A stretch of 64,000 nucleotides of DNA. Source: Phoronis australis. Its lineage: Eukaryota; Animalia; Phoronida. The notes beneath the pieces are model-generated. The model saw only the letters and a list, made by a program, of their open reading frames with translations, ran no database searches and was not told the DNA's origin. A program made the translations under genes and the position numbers. This document shows positions 1-13,200 of the stretch, piece after piece (positions within the stretch are counted from its first letter, which is position 1; each line of letters opens with the position of its first letter). Where the stretch lies: assembly GCA_002633005.1 (NCBI GenBank), contig NMRA01000415.1, positions 62,001 through 126,000 of the forward strand, written 5' to 3'.

Positions 1-499
1 TGAATGCGAGTCAAAGAACATGTTGCGCGGGACAGTATAGAACTTTATTTCGCAACGCATTACATGTGATATGTTTGTCAGTCTGATCGTTCGTGGAACT
101 CGAACAGACATAATATTCAGTAACAGTTCAAACACACATACACGTAACTCGGAAAGTAGATCATATTAAAGACAAATTAAAAGCAAAACGGTAAATGACA
201 GTAAATAATAACTTAATGATGTATTGAGCCTCCAGCAACACAAATCACATCCGACGACCAGTATGACAACATTCACAGGAGAGCCTCAACTTGCCGGATA
301 ACCCGGGTGTGATCTCAGCGACCTGAGTGCACTCGGCCATTCATAAAAAAATTAGCATTCACAGAACTCAGTGCCTGGTAGGCGGAGCTAAGCTTATTCA
401 CAGTAAATATCAAAGGAGGGGAATTGTATTTCTATAAGAAGAACAAAGACAAGGCGATTTACTTCTCGTTGAAGGCAACATGTCACCACGTATACAGCA

Positions 500-2900
500 C
501 CATTCTTTTTCAATTTGCTGTTCCTTCAAAATGAGTCAGGTTCAATGTGAACAACTCATCTGGTTTTCTAGAAATTTGTGTAAGAAAATCATGACGTGCG
601 AGTTCAACAGTTTAGGTTAAGATTTATGGGATTAGACGTACACTGGCTGCAACAAGTAGTATAACATCCTTTTTTCATGTTTATTACGAAATATTCAAGT
701 CAATAAATATACATAACCCAGAAAACGCCAACAAGCATTGTACATGTGTTAAAAATACAAAGAATCCAATATACAATTATTATACACAAATACATGCACT
801 TACAAAATAAAAAATATGTTAAGATTACAATGACTTATGATTGCGAATGTAAAAAAATCATTTTCATGCATACACATGCATAAAACTCCATAAAGAAATT
901 TTGATACTATTTGGAGTAAAACCCTATTTTCATTTGGGTTGAGTTCTTGACCTTATTGAAGAAATAATATTTGTTGTAGAATTGCGTAATTTCAGATATT
1001 TTGTAAATATTAAGGTATTGTAGAACACCCTTATTAAATTTGTCATGGTTTAGTGCATGTCATGTGCGTCTGCTGTTTCAAATACTTTAAGGTCAACCAT
1101 CAACAGGCTGTATTGATATTTTGAGCTATAAATGGTTAGGCGTACTTGTTATTAGTGTCAACTTAGCGTTGACGTTAAGGGAATGGAAATGCGAGTCTTG
1201 GCTCGAAGTTAAAAGCTCAATTTCAATGTTTTTGTTGTAAGCCGATGGATTTAACAGTGAAGCTTGGACGCGATGGTACACCTGAAAGGGTCACTACAGT
1301 CGTATTACACCACTGGGTGGCGCTTAACATTGACTGTTGAAACTTATTCAAATTTAACCTTTCCTTCTGTTACGGCAGACGGTAATTAACAAACTAACAA
1401 AATCATTGGTTTTAACCCCAAAGCCACAGTTTGCATGCAATTATTACGCAATGAAAGATAGTGCGTTCAAACTGCCAAACTACTCCACATTATATTAATT
1501 AGGTGAAAAGTGAATGTCGACTAGCTAAACGTTTTTAAAAATCCAAAATATTAGAACAGCTCCTGAAGTTTCCGCTAAACTTTCCGCTTGTCAGTAATAA
1601 GTATCTAAGAAAAGTGAAGGAAGAGCAAAATGTGAGTTAAAGTGTGACAAAATAACCATCGTATACTCAGAACAAGTGAATGCCAGTCGTAGCAGTCACA
1701 TGCACCTTTAACTGTCCAGCCAACACTGCACGTGCAAATCATTAAGGAGCTTGCCACAGGTAGAAATTAATCCGTGACTTAAGATATTGAGGACCACTAG
1801 GACTACATCTTACTCGAACTTTATTTCAAATCTAACGGCAGTGTCATCAATGATGGTGAGATTTTTATCAACCTAAGCAATAAATCAAATAGTCAAATGT
1901 TGATAAACTAAATGAGGGTTCCAATTGTTATTTGATCGACGACACTGTATAAGAAATCAGAATCCATGCAGACCTAGAATTTGTTTCTAATATTCTCTGA
2001 TTTGAATGAATTGAATTTCATAGAATCACCGTTTTCACAATGGGGCCTCTCAAACTTTGGAAATCTACGCCCCATTAGATTTAAAACAATGTCTACTTCC
2101 TATACTAGTTCTTTAGATACTTACCTTTTGAAAATGGTATGGGAAAATATTCATTCTTTCTTAATTTTCCTCAATTTCTTAATTTCTAACTCCCTAATTG
2201 CGCTCCATAACTGGAAATCATAACCTGTGTAAAATGTAACATATCATTTAAGCTCGATTTTTTGGTTCACTTAAATTTCATCAATTATTCACATGAATAC
2301 CAAATTGTCTTCAATGCCGAGCCAAAGATGAATCAAGTGTTTTCAACAGCTATGCGTTCTGCAATGGTGACAGATTTATTTTTGTTTTCTTTATATTTTA
2401 AGCAAAAACCATTAATTGTTGTCAAATGTCTTACATTTTCTAAATATCCAAAAATTATAAAGACAGCTCTTCATACCAATTCCTAAAACTATACAGTACA
2501 TCGATTTATCCATCCGCTGGCAAAGGTTCTACTTGAAATCTGTCTGTGATATGTATGAGGAGTTTTCGACTTTAGTTTAACCTTATCTTTCCTCGACCCA
2601 AGTAATTTATCCGGAATTTAAAGCTTTCACTAAAAGCAATTCATCGAACAACCGGTAGTTTTAGGAAACATCATCCGTAAGCTAGAGTTTACAAAAGGTG
2701 CGAATCGTTACCTTCTGGTGTACTAATTTCATCAGTTACTGACGAGAACAAGATGCATGAAAAGATGAAAAGAGGATGTCGACTATCAAAGTATTTTACA
2801 AATCCCACATTTCCTTAATTTTCAACAAAGTTTCCAGCTTGCAAGCAGTAAATGTTTAGGAAAAGTGAGGGCAGAGCAAAACCTGGGTTTAAGTGGCCTC
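500..2900. repeat. Diverged interspersed repeat / old local duplication, copy 1
   Basis: Collinear blocks are shared with 3890-4980, e.g. GTCTGCTGTTTC (~1068 vs ~4209), AGTCTTGGCTCGAAG (~1194 vs ~4357), GAGCAAAA..GTTAAAGTGTGA (~1623 vs ~4514) and TTGAGGACCACTAGGA (~1787 vs ~4643). Partial copies also occur at ~2830-2890, ~7380-7500 and ~29750-29980. Confidence 0.7.
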
Positions 2901-3649
2901 GTTCATATCCGAGGAGAAAGGTGCCTCATAAGTGTGCTGCCTTCTGAGAGGGGAACGTTTCGCCAAGTGACGGGTCAGTGAAAACTCTACTGACCTCCCG
3001 ATCACCATCAATAGCACCCCGCCCTTTTGCAAGCTGTCATTGCTCTGTTTCAAGTAGCATTTTCAGTGGCTGATATAGGATACCATATAGGCGTCTAGTG
3101 AGGGCCGGGGGGGGGGGNGCATGCAGGCGGCCCGGAAGTTGCGGGCGCCGAGGATGTATACCTTCTGCTCAGGAAATCTGTCGTTGGACTAAAAAATAAA
3201 ACGGAACGTGTTTTCCCCTCTTCGTCAGCTACCGGTCCTAGCTCGAACTCAGTACAAGGCTCCTCCCGCTTCACGTTTTGCTGGTTTATTTTGCTTGCGG
3301 CAGTCAAAGAGGGGGCGGGCCCCTACCCCCTCTAAATCCGCCTATGATTTTGTACTTTTTCAAACTGTCACCTCTGTGGTCACAGGTGATTTGAACCGTT
3401 GGAGAGAAATTTTCAATCACAATTAAATGGGGATTTTTAGGCCTCGTAGCCTGGAATTTCGCGTGATTTTTCAATATTTTGAGAGGAGAATAGTGCCGAT
3501 ATTTGGCCCAAAAATTTAGGAATTGAGGGCCCTGTACATTTTGTAAAGAAAAGTGCATCGCTCTTCAACCCATAGTCACAAAAATACAGCCTGGCTGGCC
3601 GAAGATTCTCCGGTCCTCGTTCATGGCGCCATCCAGTCCGAGGTGCGAC

Positions 3650-3810
3650 AAATTATGATTCGAAAACAGTTATAAATTTTACACGGACATTTTTTCCTTC
3701 GTCGTGGCGTATGGCAAAGACCCAACGCTTCCGAATCCCAACGTCCTTAGGGATTGTAAAACATAGTGTCCACAGTTTTTCTAGCTGTTCGAGCAACGCG
3801 GAGTAAAACT
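3650..3810 (-). pseudogene. THAP-domain remnant of a DNA transposon (Harbinger/ISL2EU-like), in a GC-richer insertion at ~3089-3885
   Basis: The minus strand reads PRCSNS*, then after a frameshift FTIPKDVGIRKRWVFAIRHDEGKNVRV. This matches the THAP pattern C..C...(F)PKD...R..W..AIRRD. Candidate ends are AT|AG (3089) and GGTCT|AT (3885), but TIR similarity is poor. Confidence 0.55.
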
Positions 3811-3889
3811 ACGCGGATAAGCCACCAGAGCTATCGTAGCGAGCCTCGTTTTGGAACGCGCCTCCTGTCGGCGTGAATAGGGTCTATAC

Positions 3890-4980
3890 AGTACCATTCC
3901 ATTTCAAGTTGTTGTTTCTTCAGATTGAGTCAGTTTCAATGGAAACAAACAACCTGGTTATCTAGAAATGTAAATTTGTGTGAGAAAAACATGGAAATAA
4001 AAATGAGTAAGAAGACTTCTCACTTACCGTAGTTACCTGCAGTGTCTTCTGTCGAAAATAAACAGTTGATTACAAACCCGCTGCTCATTTTTGGCAATCA
4101 TTATAATCTGCTTAAAGCTAACAGTTCTGGAATTAGAATTAGACTAGTTGCAAACAACTTGTAGAACATTCCTAATAAATCTGTTGTGGTTTGCTGCATA
4201 TCACGTGTGTCTGCTGTTTCTTATAATTTGTAATCGTCAACAATAAGCAGACTGTATTGATGTTTTATGTTGGAAATGGTTGGGCCTACCTGAATTATTA
4301 CTGTTGCCAATCTGGTGTTGACGGTACTCAACAGAGTCTCAGTCAATGGACATGCTAGTCTTGGCTCGAAGGTAAAAGTTAAGTTTTAGTGATGTTGTGA
4401 TAAATAAATGGATTTAACGGTGATTCCGAAATCCAAAATAATTGTTTGGATCCTGAATTCCCCGCTAAATTTCCCGTCTGCAAGTAGTAAGTGTTTAAGA
4501 AAAGCCAAGGCAGAGCAAAACGTGGGTTAAAGTGTGAAAAGCTAACAATAGTAATCTCGGAACAAGCGATTGGCCGTTTTAGCCATCGCATGCAACTTAA
4601 ACTGTCCAGCCAACCCAGCATGCTCAAATTATCTTTGAAACATTGAGGACCACTAGGAAAACCTATTGCTCGAACTTTACTTCAAAGCAAACGGCAGTGC
4701 CATCCCGGATGGTGAAACTTACATCAACATAAAAATTTAAATTAAATAAGGAAACGACGGAAACGACGACAAAAATGAACTAAAGGAAGGTTCCAGTTCT
4801 CATTTGAACGACGATTACGTATAATAAGTTAGGATCCACACAGACACAGATTTTTTCTAATATTTTCTGGCTTGTCTGAATTAAATTGCATAGGTTCACT
4901 GTTTTAAAAAATGGAGAGCTCTCAAACAGGCGTGGTCCGCTCCCCATTACTTTAAATCTGTCCCTGTCAATGACCAAAGA
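3890..4980. repeat. Diverged interspersed repeat / old local duplication, copy 2
   Basis: Collinear with ~500-600 and ~1010-2090 of copy 1 (see that entry). Confidence 0.7.
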
Positions 4981-7210
4981 TGTTTAACACAATAATTAAT
5001 TTTTGGCTGCCAAATAGACTTTCTGTATTCAGCGTATTACGTTTTATGAGAGAAGGCTTTGCCAAATTACACATTCATTATTTTTGAGTTCTTGTGTATT
5101 TCACAATCTCATAAATCCACCGGGAGTCTGTTTTAAAGGAATTATTTCAGCTAATCTGTTGTGTCATGGCTAACAATGTCCTGGAGTTAGTCCTGCAAAA
5201 ACTGTTCTTGTCTAAACAGAGATTTTATGTCATGCAGTTTTGAAGTTATGCTGGAGGAGCGTTTGCGAACGGTTTCCTATAATACTTCTGAATTATCAAG
5301 CGTCATGATTTAAAAAACAACATTCTAGATGTTTTGTAAGCCTGTCTATTTGCATTAAAGATGAAGTCTTACGCAATTTTGGCAGCTATCACAAATGTGT
5401 TTGGTCTTGTCACTACAAGTTGAGGCCCTGAGTCATTTTGTACAGTACATGTATGGCAAGAGTTTTATCTTTTATCACTTTGATTTCTTCGCAAAAGTCT
5501 GAACTTTTAAGTTTTGTATTTTGAAAATTACATGATATTTTTAGCACACCACTTGGCTAAAATCATAATACGTTTTGCTAAACGACCTCTTTACAAAACT
5601 GCAATGTAACACATCTTGAAAGGCAGTAAGTGTTTTTTTACTATTTTCAAGTTTATGTGACAATATTAGTTCTGTTTGAAGCAAGTCAAATCTTGACAAC
5701 CTTTGGAACATAAAAAGTGTTTCAGGATCTCCTTTTTATTTCTGTGTAGAGTTACATGTAAATGTCTCACTATATTCGAAGCACTGGCATTACATAAGCT
5801 AAACATAGCAATTATCTAGAACAATACAAAGCGTTTAATAACCACTAGTTCATTGGCCAAATTCAAGCTTCTAGAAGTGTTCATTCATATCTCAAAATGG
5901 CTTTCAAGTGACGAAAAATATCTCAAACCGTCTTAAGAATCGGAGTGTGTCATCATCTTGCTAACAGACAGATATTTACCTCATTGTCTTGAGTTGCTGG
6001 GGCAAACATGAAACATCAAATTGCCATTAAATTACAACTCTATTTTTGAAATCCTTCCGTATGATGTTCATAGGAATACACTTGCTAAAGTTTCACAAGA
6101 AGAAAATGAGGTGCTTAGAGTTAGAAAGGTAGTAAATAACTATTTCTGTTTGAAATCAAAAATCTCAAAATAGCTCGACTTTGTACAGCACTGAAAAATG
6201 CCTAACGTGGAAAACCATGTAGGTTAGCAACAAAATGCCACGCGATACCGATGTGTGCTTATTTGACACTGAATATGTGGCATATTTAAAAAAAATCCAA
6301 AAAATTCACGAGTAGAGCAGGCGTTACTTCTACTTGGTATGTTAACAAGGCCAGGACTTGACTCTTACAACTGAAGGAAGAGAATGGTTAATTTGAAAGT
6401 TAAATTCCCTGAGTATTATAGGAGTTGTGGTACACTTTTAACCTGCAACTGTCAATTTCAATCACTCACACATTTTTAATTCACGGCAGAAGATGCTACC
6501 AAGCACTGGCACTGGTGACACCAGTAACTCCATCTACTCGAAATTAAGGGTGAAAGCGAGCGGAAAAGTTAAAATACCAGCTTGAAATTTGGTCACTCTC
6601 ACTAGCCGCAATGGAATTGCGACGCCTTTTTTCGAACATCACATTTTACGAGCCCAAATCTGAAAATACGAGTGAAAATATATGTATGCAGTACCTCTAA
6701 ATTTCCGATCGGCTGTTTATAACCCAGCTTTGTACCAATATAGGTGTGGTAGAATTTCACTGCCATCTCCGGTTGCAGCAATACTACACTCCTCCAATCG
6801 TCACAAATTTCACTCACATCGAAGTTACCACGCAGTTGTTAAAATACAAAGATGGTCACACTTTTCACCAAGCATATTGCATGATGAAACAGGCCATGCT
6901 ATCATGATCTTCATCATACACAGGATGTTCCTGTATCAGGCAGACTACTAAGTCACATACACAGACTTTAATATAGCCTTAAGTGAGTGGTGATACATAT
7001 TGGCTGTGACGCTTTCCTGTCGTGACGGATTACATGTATTTCATGCACTTTACACAGGTGAACACCACGGTCGTGCGTTATTAAGTGAATTTTTTTCTGA
7101 TGAGCATAACTGTAATGAGTCCATGTTAACATTCACATTTTTGAAATTTAACTGTAAATTTTATTATCTCAACTTTAATCTTGCCCTTTACAGTAAATTC
7201 TGTATTACAG

Positions 7211-10200
7211 AGTATCATGTCAGAGCTGGCATTGTGGCACAGACCTCTGATTTCTGTGTTGACGCGGATGAATTAGAGTATGACTATGGAAGAGGTCAAA
7301 AATTGGGTATTATGGCAGGTATGCTTTGTGTTTTAAAATGGTATTTTTGAACACTGGAAATCGAATGGTAAATATTCATGGAGTTCAATTTGGTCTTTCA
7401 TTCTTGTTCCAATTGGGTCACATTCAATGTAAAAAATCCTTGAGATCTAGAAATACAAATTTGTGTGAGACGAACCTGGAATTAAAATGAATTTGAATCG
7501 TTCTCAGCTAACATTAGTTTCGTGCAATGTCTTCAGCAATAGGAAATAAATCTAACCCAAGCTTATTTTGTTGGCATTCGTTATCAGGAGCTTTTTGCTC
7601 TTGCACTCATAGTAAACTGTTGTTATCTTTGTCCTTTTGACCTCATTAGGACGAAAGATGCCAACCCGGGGCTCATTACAGTTGCCATTAGAAGGTAAAG
7701 ATCGCTGTCTATCTTGCAATTAGCTACTCTGCTATTAGAGCTGTATATGTAGACCTACTGGCTACAGTTGCCATTAGAAGGTAAAGATCAAGTGACTATA
7801 CGTACTCGCTGTCTATCTTGCAATTAGCTACTCTGCTATTAGAGCTATAGATGTAGGCCTACTGGCTACAAACAGTTCTTAAACCATTCCTAATCAATTC
7901 ATTAGCATTTGATACTGATCAAAGTTGTCTGTTGTTTTGTATACTTTGGAAAATTAATAATACTCGCATTGCATTGGTTTGTTTTGGTGGTAATGGTTAG
8001 TCTCGTGAGATCACTATGACCACCCTGTGCCGTGAGATCACTATGACCACCCTGTGCCGTGAGATCACTAGGACCACCCTGTGCCGTGAGATCACTATGA
8101 CCTCCCTGTGCCGTGAGATCACCAGGACCACCCTGTGTTGTGTGATCACTTGAACCATTACGACAAACAAAAGCCCACCAATTTCTGAAGAACATTTAAG
8201 TTGGTCTGTAATCCAAAGGCACTTGCAAGAACCTCTTATGAAAACCGTTAGAATAGATGTCCTTCCACAATTGTCTGCGAGCTCCCGACACACGTGTACA
8301 TGTAGAGCACAAAACTAGAGCGTGAAAAGTTCAAACTAAGGCCAAATGTTGGCTCAGCACAACTATTCATTTTCTGTGAACGATTACTACGGTGCAACCA
8401 AATAGGGATCCTTTTTAACAAATTGACTGACCCTATGTGTCGTGTTGCGCAGCATTCGATACAGACTCATCAGTGAACAAGCTTTCCTGAATAATGCAGT
8501 GAGTAACCTGATGAAATTAATCAATTTCAGCTTCCAAGTCAAGCACTGAATACGAGGACGGCCGCCTCCAGAGGCACGATCTGCCTGAAAAGGCAAATGG
8601 TGTGTATTTTTATCGTTAGTCGAATGCATGTAGGTACATTCACATGCTCTTTCACAAGTTCATGACATTGATATTGGAGAGAACGGTGACACGTCCTCAT
8701 TACGATGTCATCACGTTGTATGTTTTCTAAAGATGTTTCTAATATTTTTATATTTATTCACACGTCTCTGTAATACGTTCCCTTGACATTCCTGGATGGC
8801 CATTAATAACACAACTTCAAGAGTACTAAGTCAATTTGTGTCGAAGTCTGAACATTGAAGTGATCGCTGTTAAGAACTACTGGGAACGGAAATGGTGAAT
8901 TAAATTCACTGTCGTTTGAACGCTTCTTAAGTACTGAAATATATCATTTATATCCCTATAGCAACCATTGATGGAGTATCCGGTGGAGTTATTCGGTACA
9001 AAGAGGTTCAGGTCACAGTACCACCAAATGCAATATCCGGGCATATACAAATTGAATTTGTTGATCAGCCGTTACTAGCACGAGCTGTGCATGACAACAC
9101 GAAGGGCAAAGCTAACCTCCATTGTCAGGGAATATGCGTTACTTGCACGGAAGAAGATGCAACCTTCTCAGACCCAGTCGAAATTCGAGTGAATGTTAGA
9201 ACACTGTTAGAAAAAGCAAACGATCAAAGAATAAACAGCGAAGACTTTCGTATATTGCGTGAAAAAGATGGTGAAATAACCGACGTTACTGACGAGTGTA
9301 ATGTCAGGCTTGACGGGGAGGACATGGTCTTCTACTGTAGAACATTCTCAATTCTTGACATTGCATTGGTGTCACATTTGACTTCACGTATATCTACAGG
9401 CGTGTTTTCGATAATCAAATATATTTTCCAAACCTCCTACAGGTGCAAGATATGCCCGTACATAAAAGGTGGGCATGATCAAGGGTTGATAGTTAAACTT
9501 TTTTGTCATGGCGTGGACGTGAAGTGTTCTGCTGACCTTGAACACCAGTGTATCAGTGAAAACATGCGCTTGAGAAATAAAGCTACGCTCTGGTTTGAAG
9601 TTGACTGCTGGTGCATTGAAAGTAAAAAAATGAAAAACATTTCCTCAACAGATTGTAAGCTTGAAAGGGATCGTTGTGAAAGTACAGGTACATATTTTTC
9701 GAAGATTGAGACTGGTGTTAGAGCACTTGTAGCTGACGAGGTTCGTCTGTGTGTGAAGGAATTAACCTACGAGGAAACGCTGATGGACAGGTCTGTGAAG
9801 GTCAATGTAAGTATCCGCTTAATTTGTTTGGGTGTTATATGTGTGTGCAGATACGTGTGTGCTACTGCACGTTGCGTGTTGTGTAATGTAGTGCGAACAT
9901 TGAGTCCGCGTTTCTGTTACATTGGTTGGAAGGACTTGGATTGATCATGGCGGAAATGAAAAATGACCCTTCATTTTATATCAAGGGATTTGATAAGCTG
10001 GAATTCACCAAGTCTATAAAGTCTCTGTTTTGATCCAACAAATTTACATTGCTTCAAAAACACATAGAATACAACATGCTCCAGTTTTTATTAATGCTGA
10101 CAATTTAGCCGGACCCGCATCGATAATTGAGAATCTACGTCGCTGCAGACCTCGTGTGAACCACATTTTTTGTGGAAAATAATTGACATTTAGGCCTGGG

Positions 10201-13200
10201 TCTTAGTTTGAGTTGGTTCTCCATGCGTCATGTGCCTGAGACACGTCCCAGGGGGTCGTAGAACTTCAATTTACAGTTACCTTTATTTTCACCTTTCAGC
10301 TAATAAATCGGTACATTTAAAACTGTTCCGTTTACTAGAGAAAACTTGCAACCTAAAGCGCAAATATGATGTGTACATATCAGATTTCATCCGCCATGTG
10401 AACACTGTTTGTGAAGTATTTACAAAATCTTACAAAAATGAAAGAAACTTTGGAATTCGAACTATATGGGAAAAATACAAAAAGTACCTCGATTGGCGTA
10501 CATCGCATGAGACATTATTCCGAGTATGGACCTAGAGAGAATGGCATATAATTAACAATGCTGTTCCCGATGTTGCAATTGAGTCCATGTTGAGTGTTAT
10601 TTATACTGCTACACATTTGTATTACTTATTATTATTTTGCCTAAACTTTGAAGATCTAATCGATTAACGGCGTCTAGTCGACATTGCTATACCTTTTGAA
10701 CTTTCCATGTCAGTAGTCACTGTTGCAGTAGTGCCAGAGGTGAATACGAAAAAAATTATTCATAGCCTTATATCCCTCGACAGATTCAATGCGGTGCCAG
10801 TGCACCTTGGGCTTGCCGCTGAAGTCACCTATATACACAAACCTGTTAACTCTTGAGGTTTTCACTGTGATTAAAGTTTTTGTCACGAAATCCGTATCTC
10901 ATTTCATTATAAAATATAAAATAAAATCCAAATTAAAACCCTGAGACTTCAAATGTTTTGGACAGTTTGATCTGCCATGGCGTGATGCATCTTGGGATGT
11001 TTAATCTATGCTGATATCAAGCTAAGGATCACTCCATGCTTACGTAATAAAATAAACCATCACTGTAATGTATTGCATTGCAGCACTGATTATTTCAAAT
11101 TATAATTTCTCTGGTGTACAATTACTTGAAATTTAAAAAAGTACTATATTAATGTATTTAAAATGAATAAATTTTGATACGAACGAATATGGACCTTTAG
11201 CAGAAGGTCATGGGTTCGAGTCCCGATTGGGGACAGAAATCGTTTCATTCATTTGGTCATGTGATGTGGCTAACAGATGGCCTGCTGACGCTACAAAAGG
11301 TTCGCAATATGGATTTACCTGTTGGTTGTTTGTTATGCCGGTAAAAACAATATTGAGTGAAAGCAATGTTATATCTGATAAACGAGGAAAGCTTAGAAGG
11401 TGTCAGTCAATTGGAAAAGAAAAATTTCATTCATGGTAATTTCAGATCTTAACTAGCTATTATGTTGCTCAGGTTAATTGGTTTACCTCACAGATATTCT
11501 ACTGTATAAGTAAATATTTTGTGTGCATTTGATTTTGTTTCGTTTTAGGTTGAGTCTGCTACACCCCCCATACCGATTACACCTGGTAAGAAAGGTTGAG
11601 TTTTCATAGAGTGAACTTGACTCACCCACGTGGCGTATAGCGGGAAAGCGTTCTGTAGACCTATCTTTTCTCGAAAAAACAAGCTACATGTATCTCAAGA
11701 CTTCGCAAAACCACGTCAGTGAAATGCGAGAGTTTGATAAGTATGCTCGTGAGCATACTAGCCTGATCTACAGTAGAAAAATGGTGGTCACTGAACTAAC
11801 TACTTTTTGATGAGATTGGGATGTTCAAATATGAGATTGATATCACCGTTTTGATACAGTAAGCTGGAATTTCTCGCCGCAAGTGCAAGCGAATTTCTTA
11901 TGTTCTGCGGAAATCATTCTGTTCATTTTAAAGCCTGCAAGCTATTATCTTGCCCTCACGGTGCATGGCAAAACACCTGCGCTTGTGCAATGGAAACGGT
12001 GAGATCAGTACCACAATACAATATTTTAGTTTCACCTATCTTTCACTCTGGCTGTAGCTATTCAATACTTGCACGCATTCGCCATTATGTCCGAAAACGA
12101 GGTGCTGTGTATAAACTACTAATGGTTCTGTTTATTTGGAAACCCGCGCTTTCACGTTTGCGTTTTAAAAGAGGCAGCAACCATGATTGTAACTCCAGTG
12201 TGCAAAGAGGCAAGTTTATCCGGATATGCTAGTCAGCTCCCAAGCGTACACTTGCACCTTTGTTCAACATCTCATGTGATTTGTAAGTTCTTGGCATAGG
12301 TACCGTATTTCCGGAAGGCCCTCCTGATCAAACTCACTACGTTACGAAAGACATAGTCAAACAGTAAGATGACGAAGCACTACTTAAGATAATACCATAC
12401 ATTGTATGGGAATCACGTGAAAACATTAGCTTTGGTCCGTACTGGTTATTACCGCTAAATCCTATGACAAACTTGACATTTTTGTCTAACAATCTACCAC
12501 GTCGGGATTACCAGATCACGTGGTATTGTAGCTATGTATAACGTGGCCATGTGGTGATATGGCTATGTGATACATGGTCATGCGGTATTATATATACATT
12601 GTTCATGTATGTAATAGGTCATATGAAATTGTTGCTATGTGATACATGGTCATCTGGTATTGTAGCCAACTAATGCATGATCATGTGGTATTGTAACCAT
12701 GTAATACATGATCATGTTGTATTGTGGCTTTATAATTCATGATCATGTTGTATTGTGGCTTTATAATACATGGTAAACATATTGATGTGGGGATGAAATA
12801 TCCATTAGTGGTTATCAAAATATTGAATTCTGTAAATGTTCTCTCTTCTTACAAAATACTACAGTCATGTTTTAGTCAGTATCATACAAATCTCACCATT
12901 AGGGATAGGTTTCCAAGAACAGTGTACTCGAATTATCGTCTAGTGGTAACTAGTCAATGTTCAAACATATCTATGACGTAGAGGTACTAGCTCACTTGCA
13001 AGTTTCTCGGTAGTCAATGTGACGTCACCGGAAGGGGGCAAAACCCGCCTTATTGCTCTTGTTTTGTCCCGAGTCTTTGCTACACACGCTAAATCTTACT
13101 GAAGTTTTTATGGTGAATTTCACGCTTATAACGAAAACACAACTTAAGAGACAGTGGTAGAATCTTGGAATAACTGTGAGTGGACGAAGAAAATGTGAAC

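Noticed and set aside
4379-4627. LQTGNLAGNSGS as a 2A-like peptide (GDxExNPGP) of a LINE ORF
   Set aside because: The core NPGP is absent and the paralogous copy at ~1560-1610 does not restore it.
6490-6990. Additional upstream coding exons of the ZU5-DED gene
   Set aside because: Splice-like signals exist, but I found no frame that stays open and joins exon 7211 in phase 1; possibly UTR.
7902-8293. Repeat-protein ORFs (AQGGHSDLT)n and (VVIVISRHR)n
   Set aside because: Translations of an intronic 27-bp minisatellite, antisense to the host gene.
9807-9944. Cys-rich tail of the 285-aa ORF (VSIRLICLGVICVC...)
   Set aside because: Lies after a perfect GTAAGT donor at 9807; intron read-through of GT-rich sequence.
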